Part shown: positions 55,359 through 64,000 of the stretch, piece after piece
Layout: each line of letters opens with the position of its first letter
How positions within the stretch are numbered: position 1 is the stretch's first letter
Source: a virus
Lineage: Duplodnaviria; Caudoviricetes
DNA: 64,000 nucleotides
Reading direction: 5' to 3' (one strand)
Virus record (IMG/VR): IMGVR_UViG_3300033067_001199
Coordinates: 1 to 64,000 of that record
Program-made: the position numbers and the translations under genes
The notes under the pieces: generated by a model
What the model was told of the DNA's origin: nothing
The model's database searches: none
What the model saw: only the letters and a program-made list of their open reading frames with translations

Positions 55359-56053
55359 AAAGCCTACTAAACCAAATTGACGATTCTAATTACGGACGTA
55401 TTCATCGGCAGAGATTTGTCGAAAGCTACAATTTCATATATGAATATCTGGTTAAACAACAAAACAACCCTGGTAGAATTGTCAGAATACTAGACCTTGG
55501 CAGCTATGGAACATTTGCCGATTTAGTAAAAGCACTTAATCCGGAAATTGATGTTCAAAAGTCCGAATACTTTGACCTCCGATACAAGTTCCCTATTGAA
55601 GACAATACCTACGATATGGTTTGCTTCATGGAGGTTCTGGAACATATCAAAGACCAAGACTCAACAGACCCAGACGCAATAGCTGAATACAGCCAGAACG
55701 GTATCAAGAATGTAATGAGCGAAATCAATAGAATACTGAAGCCGGGTGGATATCTGTTTCTTACAACACCAAACATCAATTCATGGACGGCCATTCACCG
55801 GTCACTTAACTTTTATTCTCCTACTTTCTACATTCCGCACGTAAAGGAGTTTTCTATACAGGAGATTCATGCTCTGCATAAAGAATTTGGGTTCAATATT
55901 ACTAAACTGCAAACCCCAGAGAATTGCCATGGACTCCAATCGGTTCAAATGCAAAGGCCTCGACTGACTAAACTCATTCAAGCCTGTATCGATGCCGGCT
56001 ATTCTCCCGACCTAAGAGGGGACTGTATTTTTTCACTTGCTACTAAACAATAA
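55349..56053 (+). CDS. Class I SAM-dependent methyltransferase
   Basis: ILDLGS, YDMVCFMEVLEH, RILKPGGYLFLTTPN. Confidence 0.9.
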   Translation: MQLESLLNQIDDSNYGRIHRQRFVESYNFIYEYLVKQQNNPGRIVRILDLGSYGTFADLVKALNPEIDVQKSEYFDLRYKFPIEDNTYDMVCFMEVLEHIKDQDSTDPDAIAEYSQNGIKNVMSEINRILKPGGYLFLTTPNINSWTAIHRSLNFYSPTFYIPHVKEFSIQEIHALHKEFGFNITKLQTPENCHGLQSVQMQRPRLTKLIQACIDAGYSPDLRGDCIFSLATKQ

Positions 56054-56154
56054 ACCATAACGGCTCTGGGTAAACCGTATAATGTCATGGGAAATAGAAT
56101 TGCATTGTTAATCGCTATCGTTTGCCACCAAGCAGTAGTCAACCTTTGGCAAAC

Positions 56155-56190
56155 AAAAAGCCCTCTCGATTTCGGGAGGGCTTTTTTATT
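56155..56190. terminator. Bidirectional terminator between convergent modules
   Basis: AAAAA-GCCCTCTCG-ATTT-CGGGAGGGC-TTTTTT. Confidence 0.85.
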
Positions 56191-56205
56191 TAAAAACCGG
56201 ACAGT

Positions 56206-56847
56206 TTACACGTTAGGAGGATAGCCACCGTAGTATCCATCCAGATATTCTTGACCTGCAGGATTAGTCTGGTCACCCATCACCGTAAAGATTTTAAGGT
56301 CAGATTCATTACCCATGTGAACATAAATGTTCGTTACAGGGAACGTGCTGTCCTTGCTGCGGAACGTGGCATCCTTGCTGCCGTCAACCGGTGTATATGC
56401 AGGAAGATACTCTCTGTTTACAACCTTACGGTCGTTGATCAGAATAGACTTCAATGTAGCCTCTCCTGCATCATCAACATCAGGGCGAACAACTCTGAAA
56501 TCAATAGCTACTAATTCGGTGTATTTGCGCAGCCAATGAGTAGTACCGTAATCGCCCAGAGTATTGAAGTATGCTAACACTTCATCAATAGTAGTTGGCG
56601 TTCCTCCGAAATCATTTGCGCTTGCCAAAAATACAACCGGCACATTTTTGAGCTTCTTGATTCCTTCGTAGTTAAACTCTATGGTGTCAACCTTAGTAGA
56701 AGAACCATCCGGATAAATTGCTTTGCTTGGAACTACACAGTTAATGTAGTTAGTATTAAGGTCCTGGATAAACAGAACCGAATTAGATGAGTAGCGGCCA
56801 TCAACAAGAATTGCCTTGAGTATGGACCAAAAGGGAAAGTTAGGCAT
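56206..56847 (-). CDS. Hypothetical protein (213 aa)
   Basis: Intact ORF with an A-rich leader. Confidence 0.7.
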   Translation of the reverse strand: MPNFPFWSILKAILVDGRYSSNSVLFIQDLNTNYINCVVPSKAIYPDGSSTKVDTIEFNYEGIKKLKNVPVVFLASANDFGGTPTTIDEVLAYFNTLGDYGTTHWLRKYTELVAIDFRVVRPDVDDAGEATLKSILINDRKVVNREYLPAYTPVDGSKDATFRSKDSTFPVTNIYVHMGNESDLKIFTVMGDQTNPAGQEYLDGYYGGYPPNV

Positions 56848-56940
56848 GATGTTTATTTTTATTTGGTGAAGGTCGGATTAGCCTTTCTTCGGTTGTAAAT
56901 CGGCATACTCTGTATTGCTGATTTTGTCTTGACAGAACGA

Positions 56941-56976
56941 AAATAAAAAAGGATTCCCACTTTCGCAAGAATCCTT
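56941..56976 (-). terminator. Rho-independent terminator
   Basis: Minus strand AAGGATTC...GAATCCTT followed by TTTTATTT. Confidence 0.65.
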
Positions 56977-57022
56977 CGGAAAAATAATGGTTGGTCCCGC
57001 TTATTCTGCTCCTTCTGACTTT

Positions 57023-57385
57023 TCAGTTGGCAACCGGCAAGTTCAACTTCTTAAACAGCGCATTCAAAACGGCTGCAACTAACTTCTCTCCGTTCTCCTC
57101 GTATTGGTCAAGGAATTGGTCAACCTTCCCAAACAGAGCATCATCCTTTTCGGTAGGAGTCAGAGTAGAAATAATCTGGCCGAGGTTTACCGCGCCATGC
57201 AGAATTTTAACCGGTGACGCATCGCCTGTCAAATCCGCCTCTGCAACAGCAGCTAATTTCGCTTTAACCTTTTCCAGAACAGCATCCGATTCCGAAGGTG
57301 CTAACTTTAAAGATTCGATTACAATTCCAACAACAATGTCAACAACTTGGTCAACTTGTTCCGGTGTCAATTTTTTCTTTTCCAT
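57023..57385 (-). CDS. Hypothetical helical protein with its own promoter
   Basis: 120 aa; TACCTTTG element at 57421-57428 upstream. Confidence 0.7.
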   Translation of the reverse strand: MEKKKLTPEQVDQVVDIVVGIVIESLKLAPSESDAVLEKVKAKLAAVAEADLTGDASPVKILHGAVNLGQIISTLTPTEKDDALFGKVDQFLDQYEENGEKLVAAVLNALFKKLNLPVAN

Positions 57386-57439
57386 AAAACTGAATTTTTT
57401 TTTGGTGAATAATTAGACACCAAAGGTAGGAAACTTTAT

Positions 57440-57748
57440 TTACTGAACAATATGCTTCCTCTTTGGAAACATTTCGTAGAGAGCAATTCTGAAGTCTTGA
57501 ATATCGTCTGCGTCATAGATGTCGCACTTTAGGTTTACCAGGGCATCAACAGACTGTTTAGGGTGCCAAATCATCCACCTCCTAAGGGCCTTTAACTGTT
57601 TACCATACTCATCGGCCGTAAGACGCTTCTTCTGCCTTTCCGCCTTGTCCTCTTTCATCTTCTCGGTAGGCGCTAGTTTAGTCCCCAGGTTAAACCCAGA
57701 TGTAACCATAGCGAAGAAGTCACTTATTACCGTCCACCAAGAACCCAT
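57440..57748 (-). CDS. Lysis-cassette hypothetical protein
   Basis: Coupled to the endolysin; amphipathic N-terminus. Confidence 0.6.
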   Translation of the reverse strand: MGSWWTVISDFFAMVTSGFNLGTKLAPTEKMKEDKAERQKKRLTADEYGKQLKALRRWMIWHPKQSVDALVNLKCDIYDADDIQDFRIALYEMFPKRKHIVQ

Positions 57749-58323
57749 CAGTTAAAGAATTTTACTTTACCATTTAGAATTAACTCCCTCTCGCTCTGCC
57801 TGCGGTAAGTTAAACCCGGCAACACTTCAAGAACTCCATCGCCATTTGTATCCCCTTTATTCCAACGGAGCATAGCGTCAGCCCCAGCCTGCCAATTACC
57901 CTGATTGATTAGCTTCAGAGCGCTGCTTGTCTGGAACTTTGACAGGCCTATGTTGTAGGCGAAAGAAACTAATCCGCTTCTCTGGTAGTCATTGTATGGA
58001 ACTTTAACCAAAGCCTTAACACCAGAATTGTAAAGAATCAGATCGCGGTTCAATACTTCAATAGCCTGAGCTTCATCCTTTATTTTAGCGCACTCATAAG
58101 CCCTTGCTTTCATAGCCTTACCCTTTAACGGACGTAAGTTTACAGGGTCAATGATTACATGGCCATATCCCTCTGTCCAATAACCGGTAGGACATTGTTT
58201 CGGCTGAAGACCAACAGCACTCAAATCGCCATCATGCAGCGACTCATAGTGTTTCAATATTTCCTCCGCCTCTATACAAATAGTTCTAGTGTCCATTCGC
58301 TCCCTCCTTTTTATCTTCCTCAA
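57748..58323 (-). CDS. Endolysin, GH24 phage lysozyme
   Basis: HYES...CPTGYWTEGYGH, LVSFAYNIG, WNKG, LPGLTYRRQSE. Confidence 0.9.
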   Translation of the reverse strand: MRKIKRRERMDTRTICIEAEEILKHYESLHDGDLSAVGLQPKQCPTGYWTEGYGHVIIDPVNLRPLKGKAMKARAYECAKIKDEAQAIEVLNRDLILYNSGVKALVKVPYNDYQRSGLVSFAYNIGLSKFQTSSALKLINQGNWQAGADAMLRWNKGDTNGDGVLEVLPGLTYRRQSERELILNGKVKFFN

Positions 58324-58885
58324 CTATCTCATCCAATATCTTCTCCTCCTCTACCTCAAGAATACCTTCCCCCTGCATATCCTTATTCTTATCAACATAC
58401 TTTGCCAAAAACTCTGCGGCCTGTGGTGGTAACATTCCTAATAGCGCAAGGTTCTTCGCAAATGATATCAGATTTATACCCATGACGTAGAAGTAGAAAG
58501 CCCTGGCACCAAACGTAAACACCCCCTCCCCTATCTGCTGTATTCCTAAGTCAGAATTTATCCGACCAGCATTAAAAAGCACACCCAATATGATTAAGTG
58601 TGCTGGAAAGATGATGAATATTCGTTGACCTTTGGCGGTTAGGAAGCCCTCTTTCTTTACCTTCATCCCAACGGCAACACCGGTTAAAAAGTCTGCCCCC
58701 AGAAGAACGAAGTAAACTATAAGGGAGTAAGGCGGTGACCAGACCCATGTATCTACAAAGTGAATCATTGAAACTAACGCCAGCTGTAACGCTACTGCGA
58801 CATCGAGTATGGCAAGGTTTCTGTACTGAATACCGGTAGCAATTTTAAAAAACTGCTTCCATGAGGTGAATCCGAAGATGTGCAT
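58286..58885 (-). CDS. Holin (multi-TM)
   Basis: Several TM helices with a DFLTGV motif; upstream of the lysozyme. Confidence 0.75.
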   Translation of the reverse strand: MHIFGFTSWKQFFKIATGIQYRNLAILDVAVALQLALVSMIHFVDTWVWSPPYSLIVYFVLLGADFLTGVAVGMKVKKEGFLTAKGQRIFIIFPAHLIILGVLFNAGRINSDLGIQQIGEGVFTFGARAFYFYVMGINLISFAKNLALLGMLPPQAAEFLAKYVDKNKDMQGEGILEVEEEKILDEIVEEDKKEGANGH

Positions 58886-58894
58886 TGTATTAGT

Positions 58895-59707
58895 TTATTT
58901 GTAAACAATAATCTCTACCGATGTATTACCGGCACCCGTACCAAGGCAATCGCAAGAACCCCCTGCTGCATCTACCATATCAAACAAAATCTGGTTTGCC
59001 GTTAAATTGAATACTCTAATCTGGTCAGCCTCATCACTTACTACATTCACCCTGATAACTGTTCTACCAACAACGAATCCATTTGTTAGTTCTGCCTTAA
59101 ATCCGCCTGGGAACAATCTAGTCCAAGTAATTGCACCAATGTTGTTTTCTAGGACATTGGCAACAGGGTCGTCAGTACCCGTCTGGTTCAATGTTGCTAC
59201 ATACTTATAGTATGGAAGGGCATCTGTTAGCGTTATATTCCCCTTCGAATCTGCCATCACACCATTTATAGAAGCTACTAATGTAGCTGATGTGTCGGGA
59301 AGTTTAATTTCGTTTTGCTGGGTAGCGTTTACCCCATTAACGAACGACAGTCCCGAATCATTTCTAAAAATAAAGTAGCCTGGGGCGTAGCCAGAAGCCG
59401 AATTTGTCAACCTATCAAACACTTGAAGTTGCCCCATTGAATCGGATAAGTCGAAATTGATGAGCGTAAAGGTATCTTGTAGAAACGCAATACCTTTGTC
59501 GCTTGTGGTTCCATTGTCGGTTACGTTTTGAAAAGTGCAAATACAAGAGTCTGCAACAACTGGCGCCCAAATTGCCTTATGTCCGTTTGTTTGCAGAAAC
59601 TTTCCAGCCTGCCCCGCTTGAGCAGGAAAACAGGCCTTACATGGATTAGATGGCTGGGAATAAGTATCGAGGCAGATGGATACGAGTAGGATGAATAAGT
59701 ATTTCAT
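58895..59707 (-). CDS. Fibre-like protein with Sec signal peptide
   Basis: MKYLFILLVSICLDTYS|Q; QAGKFLQTNG and LPDTSATL fibre motifs; YKYVATLNQTGTDDPVANVLEN C-terminal domain. Confidence 0.7.
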   Translation of the reverse strand: MKYLFILLVSICLDTYSQPSNPCKACFPAQAGQAGKFLQTNGHKAIWAPVVADSCICTFQNVTDNGTTSDKGIAFLQDTFTLINFDLSDSMGQLQVFDRLTNSASGYAPGYFIFRNDSGLSFVNGVNATQQNEIKLPDTSATLVASINGVMADSKGNITLTDALPYYKYVATLNQTGTDDPVANVLENNIGAITWTRLFPGGFKAELTNGFVVGRTVIRVNVVSDEADQIRVFNLTANQILFDMVDAAGGSCDCLGTGAGNTSVEIIVYK

Positions 59708-59714
59708 TGTTGTT

Positions 59715-60245
59715 TTATGGTTGTTCGTAAATTTCTACAAGAGTTCCGGTGGCATCTACCCAATGCGCGTCCTTTGTGTCGTTAGGGCTGCTTTGTGTTT
59801 GAGAGGTAATTCTAAACTGCTCAACCTGTCCGACAGGAAGAGTAGTTCCGGTAGAACCTCCTATTGCTCCGTCAAATTGCGCATCAGCATCACCCTTATT
59901 CAATACACCTAGTTCCCTTAGTGTAGCTGAAACTATTTGAAACGATTCGCCAGAGATAGTTCCTAGCGCTGGTGGATTGTGCACGAAAACAACATCTTGG
60001 CCAACAACTGTGTCCCCAGATTTATCCGCAGGCCTAAAGTCCCTTACCTTCAACAATAGAGGTGGAGTAAGGTCAGGGAAGAATAGCCACAACTTAGGCT
60101 TTGCAAATTCTGTTCTAAAGTCTGTACCGTTCCCGACAAACACCCCTGCTACTTCGGCATCTTGGGTTAATGTTCCGGTTGCGGCTACTCCTGCTGGGAT
60201 TGCGCTTATTCCGTTGTCTAGGTCGCGTGTGATTTCTCCGGGCAT
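59715..60245 (-). CDS. Hypothetical (possibly structural) beta-rich protein
   Basis: 176 aa, downstream of the promoter element at 60264. Confidence 0.65.
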   Translation of the reverse strand: MPGEITRDLDNGISAIPAGVAATGTLTQDAEVAGVFVGNGTDFRTEFAKPKLWLFFPDLTPPLLLKVRDFRPADKSGDTVVGQDVVFVHNPPALGTISGESFQIVSATLRELGVLNKGDADAQFDGAIGGSTGTTLPVGQVEQFRITSQTQSSPNDTKDAHWVDATGTLVEIYEQP

Positions 60246-60263
60246 GATTTCTATGTTTTAGGT

Positions 60264-60275
60264 GTTACAAAAATA
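60264..60275 (-). promoter_or_regulatory. TATTTTTGTAAC promoter element
   Basis: Identical to the 12-mer at 17735-17746. Confidence 0.6.
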
Positions 60276-60278
60276 AAT

Positions 60279-63200
60279 TTATTTATAATAGTCAAGTAGC
60301 TGTTTTTTAACCTGCTCACTTATATGATTAGGGTCACCAGACGGAGCCTCTGCCATTGCGTTTATCTGTGCTCTTGCAGAAGAAGCGTCCATTCCAGACA
60401 GCTTGTTATCAAAAATCCACTTAGCCTTTTCGCCTGGTAACTTTTTGGCTTTGGATATCTCCTTGTCAAGATGAGCCATGTCAATAGAAAGTTGGGTAAC
60501 ATCGCCTCCGTAGGCCGCTGTTTGCTCTATCTCCTTTTTCTTCTGGTTTCTGAGCTTTGTGTATTCGTAAACAGACTTGTCAGCTACCGGTAGGTTATCA
60601 ATACCTGCGCCTTGTCCTATCTTGAATCTCTCTCTCTGAACTTTCTCATCAAACTTCCTTGAATGCTGCTCGTTCATCAAATCAAGGAACACTTTCTGAA
60701 CGTCCGGCATAGGTTCGCCCTTTCTAAACGCATCGTCCATCTGCTTAGAAACTATGGCAACAGAATTATCTACCTCTGCCATTTTCATCTTTGCGGTATC
60801 TGGGTTATCCTTTAGCCATTCGCCCTTTATATCCCTGTAAGCCATCAGCACACCTTTGAACGCGGTTATCTCTTTTTTGTTCTCGAGGTAGTATTGGTAT
60901 AGGTATCTTCTGTATTCATCTTTACCCAGCCACTCTTCTACATCTTGACCTGCAACAACCTTATCATTTACGGTCTTGTTTATCTCCTCCATGTCGGATA
61001 GCTGCTGGTAGAACTTAGAAACATACCCACTCCTAGCGCCTGTTGCTGTTTCATTCGTGAACACTTTGGTAATAGGTAGCCTTGACAGGGTAGTGAATGT
61101 ATCTTCGTTTTTCTCATCAACTACGCCAGCCTTTTGCATAGCATAATCAGCGGTAACGAATGCACCATAACCTATTCCACCGGTGTAACCCTTTAGAACG
61201 TGGTCCATCTTCAAAGGCGACATACCAAGGTTTCTTCCGATAGCCTTTATTATTTCGGGAGTCCTGTCATTATACTGCTCTTCTGGGGAAAGCCCTTTCA
61301 TTCTATCCGGAACAATCTTCTGGCCGGTGAAGGAGTTCTTGTTCGCCCACAACTCAACCGCTGGTTTGATTATTTGCGGAGTAAGGTCAACCAGATTCTG
61401 AACCGGTGAGTATGCCTGCAGGAATGCGCTGGCAACACCTTTAAGAGCCTCTGTGTCTTCATGTTTAGATACAGACTTAATCAACGCATCGTTATTGAAG
61501 TGGTTATCGAGCATGGTTTCTACCGAACTTCCGAACAATATACCTGCTGCGCCCTTTGGAATTGACAACGGAGGTCTATCGGGGCCAAGGATGAACAGAT
61601 TCCAGAAACACTCTTTCCTCCATGAAGGTAATGCTTGATATGCTTTTCTGGTCTTCTCGTCATTATTGTTGATAGCCCATAAAGCTAGAGTAGGCAGAGT
61701 CAATCCGACAGCACCGGCATACATGAACTTACCTGGCTGATCGATAGCAGACTTGGCCAATAGTTTAGCGTGTTGCAGTCCCGGATTCAAGAAAGGAATA
61801 AGCGGAGTATATTTTCTCATAAACAGAGAAGCGCCATGTCTAGCATAGTCAGCCGTTGACTCTCTGGCCTCCTGCGCAGCCAATTCAGCCGAACCGGTTT
61901 TCTTGTATGCGTTCTCGAATACCGATACCCTGGTTCCGATTTCGGAGTAGTTGTTTATCAGTTTCATCCAATACTTAGCATTATCCCATCCATCCTTTAC
62001 TTTCTGGAAGCCGTCAGCACCGTAAAAGTCCCTGTATATCTTTTCAGAATGATTTACATTAACTAAAAACGCTTGGTCGGCACCAGATTCCAAAAACTTC
62101 TTGTAAATGCCGGCATCTCCAAACAGGTTCAACAGTTTGTTATCTGGGTTCTCGTACGCCAGAGCATTGAAGATTCCTTTCGGGAACGTGTAAAGCATTT
62201 TGATATACGGAGCAGGTATTCCGCCTATTTGACCAAATCCATATTTACTGTTCATGGTAGCGGTCACCGTATCTCTGAATATGTTTCTTGGCGCATACTC
62301 TGGGTTATAATAAACCGCGGTTGCCTTTAAAACTCTTGCAGGGAAAGAAAGCGCCCTATGTAATGGGTCATTTGGCATTGAAAGCTCATAGTTGAATACC
62401 GTTTCGAAGATATCCTTTGGAACTCGGTAATACTTTAACTTGCCATTCTCCCTAACTTGAACAATCTGGAACATACTAGGGTCGCCCTTAACTTCCTCAA
62501 AGCTTTTCCAAGTCAAATTACCCTCTTTGTCATATACCAACTTCGAAACAGGTATTTCCTGCACCGATGAAGGGTCAACCATCTTCAATCCGTCAACGTG
62601 CGCCCTTAATGCCGCGTTCTTATTTGCCATTGTCACAACGTCAGAAGCATTCCTCAAGAAGCCCTCCATAGGCCTCTGTATCGGTCTGGCTGCATCAATA
62701 CTCGGATTAAGTGAACGAACTACTTTCCTTGTTGAAGAACCTAGTGAATTACTTGACCCACCGGAACCAACAAAACTCTTTTCGAAGTCCTCAAACACTC
62801 TCTTGAAAGAAACGTAGTGCTCCCTCATCTTTATAATCGTATCGAAGTCCTCTTGAGAAATTAATCCGTTCTCTCTTGCGTAATCAAGAACCTGGGTGCT
62901 CACTTCTCTCACATCATCGCTGAGCTTATCCAACTTAGCCTTTCCTCCAAGTGTAGGGTCTGCCTCATTCAATGCAACAACCGCCTCAAGTGTTTTTCTA
63001 GGCATACTCACAACGCCCCTGTGCTCATCCACAAGTTCAATATGCTTTTTCAGCCTCTCCATTTCCTGCTTGTATTCCTTAACGGCCTGCTTTTGCTCTT
63101 TAGCACCAACTACAACCGGTGTTCCATTTACAGTAAACATATCCGGACCCGATTTGCTAGGGTCATATACCAGATTATGTCCTGTCTGCCATGGAATAGA

Positions 63201-64000
63201 TGTTTCAAATCCGTTTGCCTCGATATCGGAAATAGCATCCCTCGCCTCGTCTGCTCTGTCATACAACTCCAATGCGCTCTTTGCAAACAAATGTCCTTCC
63301 GCCAGCAACTTGTTTCCGCCATCAAAAGCATCAAAGGCTTTTTGGTATCCATGGCCGAACACATCTATCTGACCGGCTGAACCCAATAGCTTAACCACTC
63401 TTGCCATAGGGTTATCGCCTGCAGGAAGACTAGGATTAACCTCTTTCATCGCCTTTTCAAGAACCTGCGAATAAACTGTGCTATCCAATAACTCGAATGT
63501 AAGTTTGTCGCTTAGTCCAGATAGGCCGTCCTTTACAATCTTACCCTCATTATTCGGGCTGACCATAGCCTTTATACCAGACATCAAATCGCTTTTCTCT
63601 TTCTTGTTCTCCATGGCCACCTGCACCAACAATCTCGGATCCTGCGCTGCGTATCCATGAACGTATCCTTGTCGGGCAGTTTCAATCGCTTTCTTCAACT
63701 TTGGTTCAGTAGCAATCAAGTTCTCGAAGAAATACAGGAAGTTCGGCATCTCTTTAGCCGCGGTTGCTGGGTCAGTTATGTAAACCCTCAAAAATTCAGC
63801 AACACCCTCAACAGTAGAAACCTTGTAGTGTCCCTCTTTCTTTAGGAACGCTTTCAGTTCGGTTGTCAAAGCCCTTTGGCCTGCAATCTTACCTGTCTTT
63901 CCAGATATCTGAAACACCTCCTTATCCATCCAATGCCCTAACTCATGCGCCAGGGTATTAACGTCATGTAGGTTGTTTACATTTACAATACCGGTTTTGC
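60279..64000 (-). CDS. Giant polyvalent-type virion protein, C-terminal part (partial): zincin HExxH plus LPD38-like domain
   Basis: Frame is open beyond the track's ATG to the edge: KTGIVNVNNLHDVNTLAHELGHWMD. C-terminal YQALPSWRK.CFWN...LSIPKG..GILFG resembles LPD38. Confidence 0.8.
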   Translation of the reverse strand, partial: KTGIVNVNNLHDVNTLAHELGHWMDKEVFQISGKTGKIAGQRALTTELKAFLKKEGHYKVSTVEGVAEFLRVYITDPATAAKEMPNFLYFFENLIATEPKLKKAIETARQGYVHGYAAQDPRLLVQVAMENKKEKSDLMSGIKAMVSPNNEGKIVKDGLSGLSDKLTFELLDSTVYSQVLEKAMKEVNPSLPAGDNPMARVVKLLGSAGQIDVFGHGYQKAFDAFDGGNKLLAEGHLFAKSALELYDRADEARDAISDIEANGFETSIPWQTGHNLVYDPSKSGPDMFTVNGTPVVVGAKEQKQAVKEYKQEMERLKKHIELVDEHRGVVSMPRKTLEAVVALNEADPTLGGKAKLDKLSDDVREVSTQVLDYARENGLISQEDFDTIIKMREHYVSFKRVFEDFEKSFVGSGGSSNSLGSSTRKVVRSLNPSIDAARPIQRPMEGFLRNASDVVTMANKNAALRAHVDGLKMVDPSSVQEIPVSKLVYDKEGNLTWKSFEEVKGDPSMFQIVQVRENGKLKYYRVPKDIFETVFNYELSMPNDPLHRALSFPARVLKATAVYYNPEYAPRNIFRDTVTATMNSKYGFGQIGGIPAPYIKMLYTFPKGIFNALAYENPDNKLLNLFGDAGIYKKFLESGADQAFLVNVNHSEKIYRDFYGADGFQKVKDGWDNAKYWMKLINNYSEIGTRVSVFENAYKKTGSAELAAQEARESTADYARHGASLFMRKYTPLIPFLNPGLQHAKLLAKSAIDQPGKFMYAGAVGLTLPTLALWAINNNDEKTRKAYQALPSWRKECFWNLFILGPDRPPLSIPKGAAGILFGSSVETMLDNHFNNDALIKSVSKHEDTEALKGVASAFLQAYSPVQNLVDLTPQIIKPAVELWANKNSFTGQKIVPDRMKGLSPEEQYNDRTPEIIKAIGRNLGMSPLKMDHVLKGYTGGIGYGAFVTADYAMQKAGVVDEKNEDTFTTLSRLPITKVFTNETATGARSGYVSKFYQQLSDMEEINKTVNDKVVAGQDVEEWLGKDEYRRYLYQYYLENKKEITAFKGVLMAYRDIKGEWLKDNPDTAKMKMAEVDNSVAIVSKQMDDAFRKGEPMPDVQKVFLDLMNEQHSRKFDEKVQRERFKIGQGAGIDNLPVADKSVYEYTKLRNQKKKEIEQTAAYGGDVTQLSIDMAHLDKEISKAKKLPGEKAKWIFDNKLSGMDASSARAQINAMAEAPSGDPNHISEQVKKQLLDYYK

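Noticed and set aside
1-64000. Alternative genetic code (TAG or TGA recoding as in some crAss-like phages)
   Set aside because: Long genes are intact in code 11, TAG and TGA both end genes with coupled downstream starts, and no suppressor tRNA was seen.
1-64000. CRISPR array, diversity-generating retroelement, IS element, integrase, rRNA
   Set aside because: No regularly spaced identical repeats, no reverse transcriptase or template/variable repeat pair, and no transposase or recombinase motifs were recognised by eye.

Overview
The whole window is a tailed dsDNA phage of a Bacteroidota host, in genetic code 11. Host assignment rests on TTG-N19-TAnnTTTG promoters, A-rich leaders without Shine-Dalgarno sites, and signal peptides followed by Gln. 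It looks like most of one circularly permuted genome. Minus strand 1-32546 carries RecE-like/RecT genes, an HTH, a triple GroES-like protein, terminase, a tRNA-Met, portal, scaffold, major capsid, fibres, ring proteins, a 1710-aa tail nozzle and three ejection proteins, in a podovirus/crAss-like order. The last ejection protein runs off the left edge and is missing from the ORF track. Plus strand 32780-37392 carries a replication initiator, DnaB, a DEDD exonuclease and a DNA MTase. An orphan fibre plus chaperone, a 0.7-kb non-coding region and a long plus-strand early/accessory region follow (39784-56053: MutS-I domain, minimal ligase, MTases, tRNA-Arg, RNase H, RuvC-like, GT-glycosidase fusion). 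Minus strand 56206-64000 carries lysis genes and the C-terminal part of a giant HExxH/LPD38-like protein. No integrase, DNA polymerase or RNA polymerase was recognised. The most notable signal is a family of attC-like hairpin repeats (7 whole or half sites) bounding small accessory ORFs as gene cassettes with no integrase visible. Their geometry is non-canonical and in two cases they supply the ORF's start codon. Also notable are fibre-like genes with Sec signal peptides, an aberrant initiator-like tRNA, and a 52-bp duplication of the recT 3' end flanking a cassette remnant. All family assignments are by-eye motif recognition; no database search was run.
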